A stretch of 64,000 nt of DNA from Acinetobacter phage ABPH49. Under the pieces are notes generated by a model. The model was not told the DNA's origin, searched no databases, and saw nothing but the letters and a program-made list of their open reading frames with translations. The position numbers and the translations under genes were made by a program. The stretch lies in sequence record MH533020.1, one strand, 5' to 3'. Positions within the stretch are counted from its first letter, which is position 1, and every line of letters begins with the position of its first letter. Shown piece by piece: positions 60,611 to 64,000 of this stretch.

Positions 60611-61600
60611 TTACTTGATCAGCTGACCACGGGTTTCTGCCAGTGCCAGTTCTGTGATCCAATCACCACCTTCCAGCTGCCCTTTATGCTTAATCTGGAC
60701 AACCTTGTAAAAGCCGGTATACTGACGGCTCTTTAGGTAGACTGTCGATTCGGGGAGGATAGCGCCGTTGAGAAGCGTCTCCACAACAAGACCGGCATCT
60801 TCTCGGACCTGAGAGTGGGTTGGAAGCTTCGGCTTACCATCCTTCGTGGTTGTCTTTGTCTTTTTCTCAGCCTGCTTGGCAAGACGTCTCTTTTTCGGCT
60901 CAGGGTTCTGCGGGGTTGGTGAGCCACGCATCCCGGTTTCCTCGCTGATCTCGAACATGACCTGACTGAATCGTGAACCCTCTTTGGTCCAGTAAACAGC
61001 CCCGTCTTGCACGGAGAAAGAAGCACCCGTGTTTTTCGCCAAGTTGGCAAGGTTCTGGGAGGCATTGCCGGAGAAGGCCATAGAATGTTGCAGGGTTGCA
61101 CCCTCGGATCCTACAACGCGGCCCTTGGGTAGCTTCAGATCCGTAATCAAGTCGTTGATCACCTGATCCACTGGGGTTCCTGCCCGGTATGACCGGGACG
61201 TGGTGGCAGTTGTCAGGTTGAGAACGCCATCCCCGAGGATCAGTTTTGTCTTTCTTGTTGGACCATCCCAAGAGTCCTGCATGAACTCGACGGTACCAGA
61301 GAAGATCAGCTTATCGTCATCGTCATAACCGGCATGGAAAAGCACTGCAAGCGATTCTCGCTGGTTTTGGTCAAGGTATGCCACAGTCTCATCGGATAGG
61401 TTGTAAATCGTCACGTAGCCCTTGTTAGGCTCCTTAGATTTGTCCTTCATGATGTCGAACTCGATGTTCAAGTCCTTGATCAGATAAGCTTCACCACCTT
61501 GCGCCTTGGAAGACGCATACTTCTCGATGTTTGTCGGCTTCTCCCCGATATAAACAGGTCGGCCAACAGTCAGGCTGTATGTGCGACGAGTAGCTCTCAT
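60611..61600 (-). CDS. Baseplate hub-like protein (gpD / Mu gp44-like, 329 aa)
   Basis: Position immediately upstream of the spike gene; size. GGAGG RBS. Confidence 0.5.
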   Translation of the reverse strand: MRATRRTYSLTVGRPVYIGEKPTNIEKYASSKAQGGEAYLIKDLNIEFDIMKDKSKEPNKGYVTIYNLSDETVAYLDQNQRESLAVLFHAGYDDDDKLIFSGTVEFMQDSWDGPTRKTKLILGDGVLNLTTATTSRSYRAGTPVDQVINDLITDLKLPKGRVVGSEGATLQHSMAFSGNASQNLANLAKNTGASFSVQDGAVYWTKEGSRFSQVMFEISEETGMRGSPTPQNPEPKKRRLAKQAEKKTKTTTKDGKPKLPTHSQVREDAGLVVETLLNGAILPESTVYLKSRQYTGFYKVVQIKHKGQLEGGDWITELALAETRGQLIK

Positions 61601-61612
61601 TCTCTCCTCCGA

Positions 61613-61981
61613 TTACTCAATAGCCTCAACGTCTTGAACTCGGGAGGCATAAACCATTTGAATTGGTGTCTGGATCCCGATACTATATCTGCCAACACGT
61701 TCACCGATATTTCTCAGTGGGAGAAGGATCAAGTTCCCTGCTGGGATATTATCCTTGTAGCGATAAGGATCGAGGATGTTTACGAAGCAAGTGAGTTTGC
61801 ATGTGAATGTCGGGGCTGTCCCAACGTTCCCAAAACTGAATTGCCAATATTCTCCGCGTTCATTCCAAACAAAGGTGACCTCGTAGGTCACCGAATCGAG
61901 AACAACGCGAAACGTCTGCCAAGGATAACCGTCCAACTCGAAGTCGAACGTCCTTACGTATTCTTGAGTCGTCTCTGCCAT
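61613..61981 (-). CDS. Tail/baseplate assembly protein (122 aa)
   Basis: ORF within the tail module; AGAGG RBS. Confidence 0.5.
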   Translation of the reverse strand: MAETTQEYVRTFDFELDGYPWQTFRVVLDSVTYEVTFVWNERGEYWQFSFGNVGTAPTFTCKLTCFVNILDPYRYKDNIPAGNLILLPLRNIGERVGRYSIGIQTPIQMVYASRVQDVEAIE

Positions 61982-61983
61982 TA

Positions 61984-62823
61984 TTACCTCTTCAGGCTGG
62001 TAGGATCGAATTTACCGTCTGGACGAATGGTCTTGGCCGGTTCATCGACGATATCGTATTTCTTCCCAGTGAATTTAGTGTCCACTTCAGCGAAGGTTGT
62101 TTTGCTCTTGGAGATGTACGGAGAGTTATTTCTTTTGCCTTGGGCATCGTTATCTGCATCACCGCCTTTGGCAGTCTGCTTAGCGCCCCCACTCTTCTTC
62201 CCGGCCTTTTTAGGCGGGGTAGTGGCAAGAACTGTTCTCCCGATCGCTACTCTCCTGAACTCTTCCATTTCAATCTGGAAAGCCAAAGAGCTGCCGTCCT
62301 GAGCATTCCTGTTGACAGACAGCGAAGTAATGACGTAGCCGGTCAGGATATTATCTTCCGTCACCAGAGTCAACATGTTTCTTTCTTTTGCGATCTTCTC
62401 AAGGATCTCGAGGCCCTTGGTTGACCTCTTCGACTGCATCGGGTTGTCTGGATCAGTATCTCTATCGAGGTAGTTCTTCGGATTGATAAAGGTGATTACG
62501 TCAGAGATCCGTGCAGTGAATGAAAACTTACCATCCTGTTCCTGAACGTGGTCAGATGCGTTTGACTTTGATTCAAGGGGGAAGGTTGACTTCTGGAAGG
62601 TTTTGGTGTAGGTTGTGTCTTGAACAACGTCGAACAGAATCGCTACGTCGTCTTTGTTATTCTTTTCGTCGAGAAGGTTGGCGCGGCCACCGTTAATCAG
62701 GCCGGACGCAAACAGCGTGTATTGGACCTGACTTTCTTGCTCTGCAAGTTGTGACGCCTTGTCATTCTCTCTGGTTCTTTTTGCTGCATCCGCATCAGCT
62801 TGAGCTTGGTTTGTTGTAGCCAT
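61984..62823 (-). CDS. Tail protein (279 aa) immediately downstream of the tape measure gene
   Basis: Position; GGAGGG RBS. Confidence 0.55.
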   Translation of the reverse strand: MATTNQAQADADAAKRTRENDKASQLAEQESQVQYTLFASGLINGGRANLLDEKNNKDDVAILFDVVQDTTYTKTFQKSTFPLESKSNASDHVQEQDGKFSFTARISDVITFINPKNYLDRDTDPDNPMQSKRSTKGLEILEKIAKERNMLTLVTEDNILTGYVITSLSVNRNAQDGSSLAFQIEMEEFRRVAIGRTVLATTPPKKAGKKSGGAKQTAKGGDADNDAQGKRNNSPYISKSKTTFAEVDTKFTGKKYDIVDEPAKTIRPDGKFDPTSLKR

Positions 62824-62859
62824 TTGTGCCCTCCTGAGGTAGTGTCCATTTTATCATTT

Positions 62860-62891
62860 ATTTAGCAAAAGAAAAAGGGGCCGAAGCCCCT
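62860..62891 (-). terminator. Intrinsic terminator GGGGC-TTCG-GCCCC + TTTTTCTTTT (minus strand) after the tape measure gene
   Basis: Seen directly. Confidence 0.65.
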
Positions 62892-63983
62892 TTATTCGTT
62901 ACCTCCACCAGTCAACAGGTTGAAGTTGAAGCCATTCTGCTCGTCGACCACAGCCTTCACGTATTTCTGAAGTTCACCTGCGTCGATCTTGATGGTAACA
63001 TCGCCCTCTACTTGCTGGGTTGGCAATTTGCCCGGGAATGGGTTGGCAGACTGATAAGCCACCTGATCCAGCCCTGCGGCTCTCAGGTACTCAGCACGAC
63101 GATCCTCTTTCTCGTTCTGCAAACCATCCCACCACTCTGTGATATCTGTCCACATGGTTGGGCGGTTGTTATTGTCCTGAACCTCTTTGAGGAAGCCCGG
63201 CATGTCAGACTGGATTTCGTTAAGCCTTCCGAACATATCGGCTGCAACGATCCACGCAGGGAGGCCAACAGAGAAACCTCTTCCGCCACCTTTCCCTCCT
63301 TTTCCCCCACCAGTTCCAGCAGCACCTCCACCTTTACCCATTGTGGTAACTGCGTCCTTGACAGCTCCAAGGGCACCTGCCAGTCCAGCAATCTTGGTCA
63401 GCCAACCGAACAGCTTGGCAACGAAGCTAGTGAAGATGACGATCCCGAGGATGTAAGCACCCCAGTCAAAGATCTTGTCGAATGCTTCACCCTTGACTCC
63501 CCACTCTTCGAGGTAATGATCGAGGATTCTCGAGAAGAGTACAAAAGCATCGTGGACGTATGTTACCATGTCCCACGCACCTTCGATCATCTTGCTGAAG
63601 AATTTACCCAAGTTCTTAGCCAGCTCACCGTTTTCAGAGAGGACCTTAGCCAAGTCGTTGAAGATCTTGGTCATCTGCTCACCAAAACCACCTTGGAAGA
63701 TGTCGTTCTGGAAGTTGATCCAAGTCTGGGCCATGCGCTGGGCTGCTACTCGGTTACCCTCGAGTGCTTTGTTCAGAGCGCCACCCTTACGGGCCGCTTC
63801 AGCGTAGTATTTGGCAACGAATGGCAGAACCTTGGCAGCTTTCAGCTCGCCCTTCTGCATCTTGTCCATGAGTTTCTCAACGTCGATGGAGGTGTCGTTA
63901 AAGGCCTCCTGAGAGGCTTTCACGAACACTTGCAGAGAACCGGGGATACCTTCAGCCAGCTGCTGCTTCAGCTCTTCCGCCAT
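62892..63983 (-). CDS. Tail tape measure protein (363 aa)
   Basis: Alpha-helical. Hydrophobic central segment ILGIVIFTSFVAKLFGWLTKIAGLAGALGAV. Gly-rich tract GKGGGAAGTGGGKGGKGGGRG. Position upstream of the baseplate genes. Confidence 0.65.
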   Translation of the reverse strand: MAEELKQQLAEGIPGSLQVFVKASQEAFNDTSIDVEKLMDKMQKGELKAAKVLPFVAKYYAEAARKGGALNKALEGNRVAAQRMAQTWINFQNDIFQGGFGEQMTKIFNDLAKVLSENGELAKNLGKFFSKMIEGAWDMVTYVHDAFVLFSRILDHYLEEWGVKGEAFDKIFDWGAYILGIVIFTSFVAKLFGWLTKIAGLAGALGAVKDAVTTMGKGGGAAGTGGGKGGKGGGRGFSVGLPAWIVAADMFGRLNEIQSDMPGFLKEVQDNNNRPTMWTDITEWWDGLQNEKEDRRAEYLRAAGLDQVAYQSANPFPGKLPTQQVEGDVTIKIDAGELQKYVKAVVDEQNGFNFNLLTGGGNE

Positions 63984-64000
63984 GATCTGACCTTTACCCA

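Noticed and set aside
1-64000. tRNA genes, integrase, CI/Cro-type repressors.
   Set aside because: No cloverleaf-compatible sequences (for example the GGTTCGAATCC T-arm) or tyrosine/serine recombinase or HTH-repressor ORFs were seen. That fits a virulent phage, though only a 64-kb window was examined.

Overview
This 64-kb window looks like one contiguous piece of a large, probably virulent tailed phage; no integrase or repressor is visible. The P2/Mu-type baseplate (J-, I-, W- and V-like proteins) implies a contractile-tail myovirus. Sigma-70-like promoters and an E. coli-type SSB C-terminal motif suggest an enterobacterial or other gammaproteobacterial host. Overall GC is about 50%.

Three transcription blocks are visible:
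- 1-9.9 kb, leftward: accessory or early genes, including a DksA/TraR zinc-finger protein, many small membrane proteins, a MoxR-type AAA+ ATPase paired with a VWA/HExxH protein, and an HD-domain hydrolase. This block sits beside a ~780-bp non-coding hub carrying promoters, a palindrome cluster and three ~66-bp tandem repeats.
- 9.9-48.3 kb, rightward: a long tightly packed block with many ATGA/TAATG start-stop overlaps. It carries dozens of small ORFs, a macro domain, an Rnl2-family RNA ligase, a bactofilin-like protein, a SleB-like secreted cell-wall hydrolase, a Dda/Pif1-like SF1B helicase, a T7 gp4-like primase-helicase, a family-A DNA polymerase, a DEDDh exonuclease, a 2OG-oxygenase-like protein and an SSB-like protein. 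Two paralogous HNH endonuclease genes sit on the 3' ends of the primase-helicase and SSB-like genes. An AT-rich island with two zinc-finger endonuclease-like genes lies just downstream of the DNA polymerase.
- 48.3-64 kb, leftward: the tail module, from a 363-aa tape measure protein through the baseplate hub, spike, W-, J- and I-like proteins, at least four receptor-binding fibers or spikes (one with a sialidase-like propeller), a tail-fiber assembly chaperone and small membrane proteins.

Four points need a second look:
- Promoter-hairpin modules: TTGACA followed by a GNRA-loop stem-loop recur at operon boundaries, and strong UUCG/GNRA-loop terminators are reused.
- Three apparent frameshifts split genes; two are at 5-nt homopolymers.
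- The SSB-like protein's MDFDDDIPF motif is internal rather than C-terminal.
- The macro-domain / RNA ligase / bactofilin cluster and the MoxR-VWA pair are candidate host-interaction or anti-defence systems.

All calls are from reading the sequence and motifs only. No database searches were run, and gene starts were chosen by RBS inspection and are often GTG/TTG-ambiguous.
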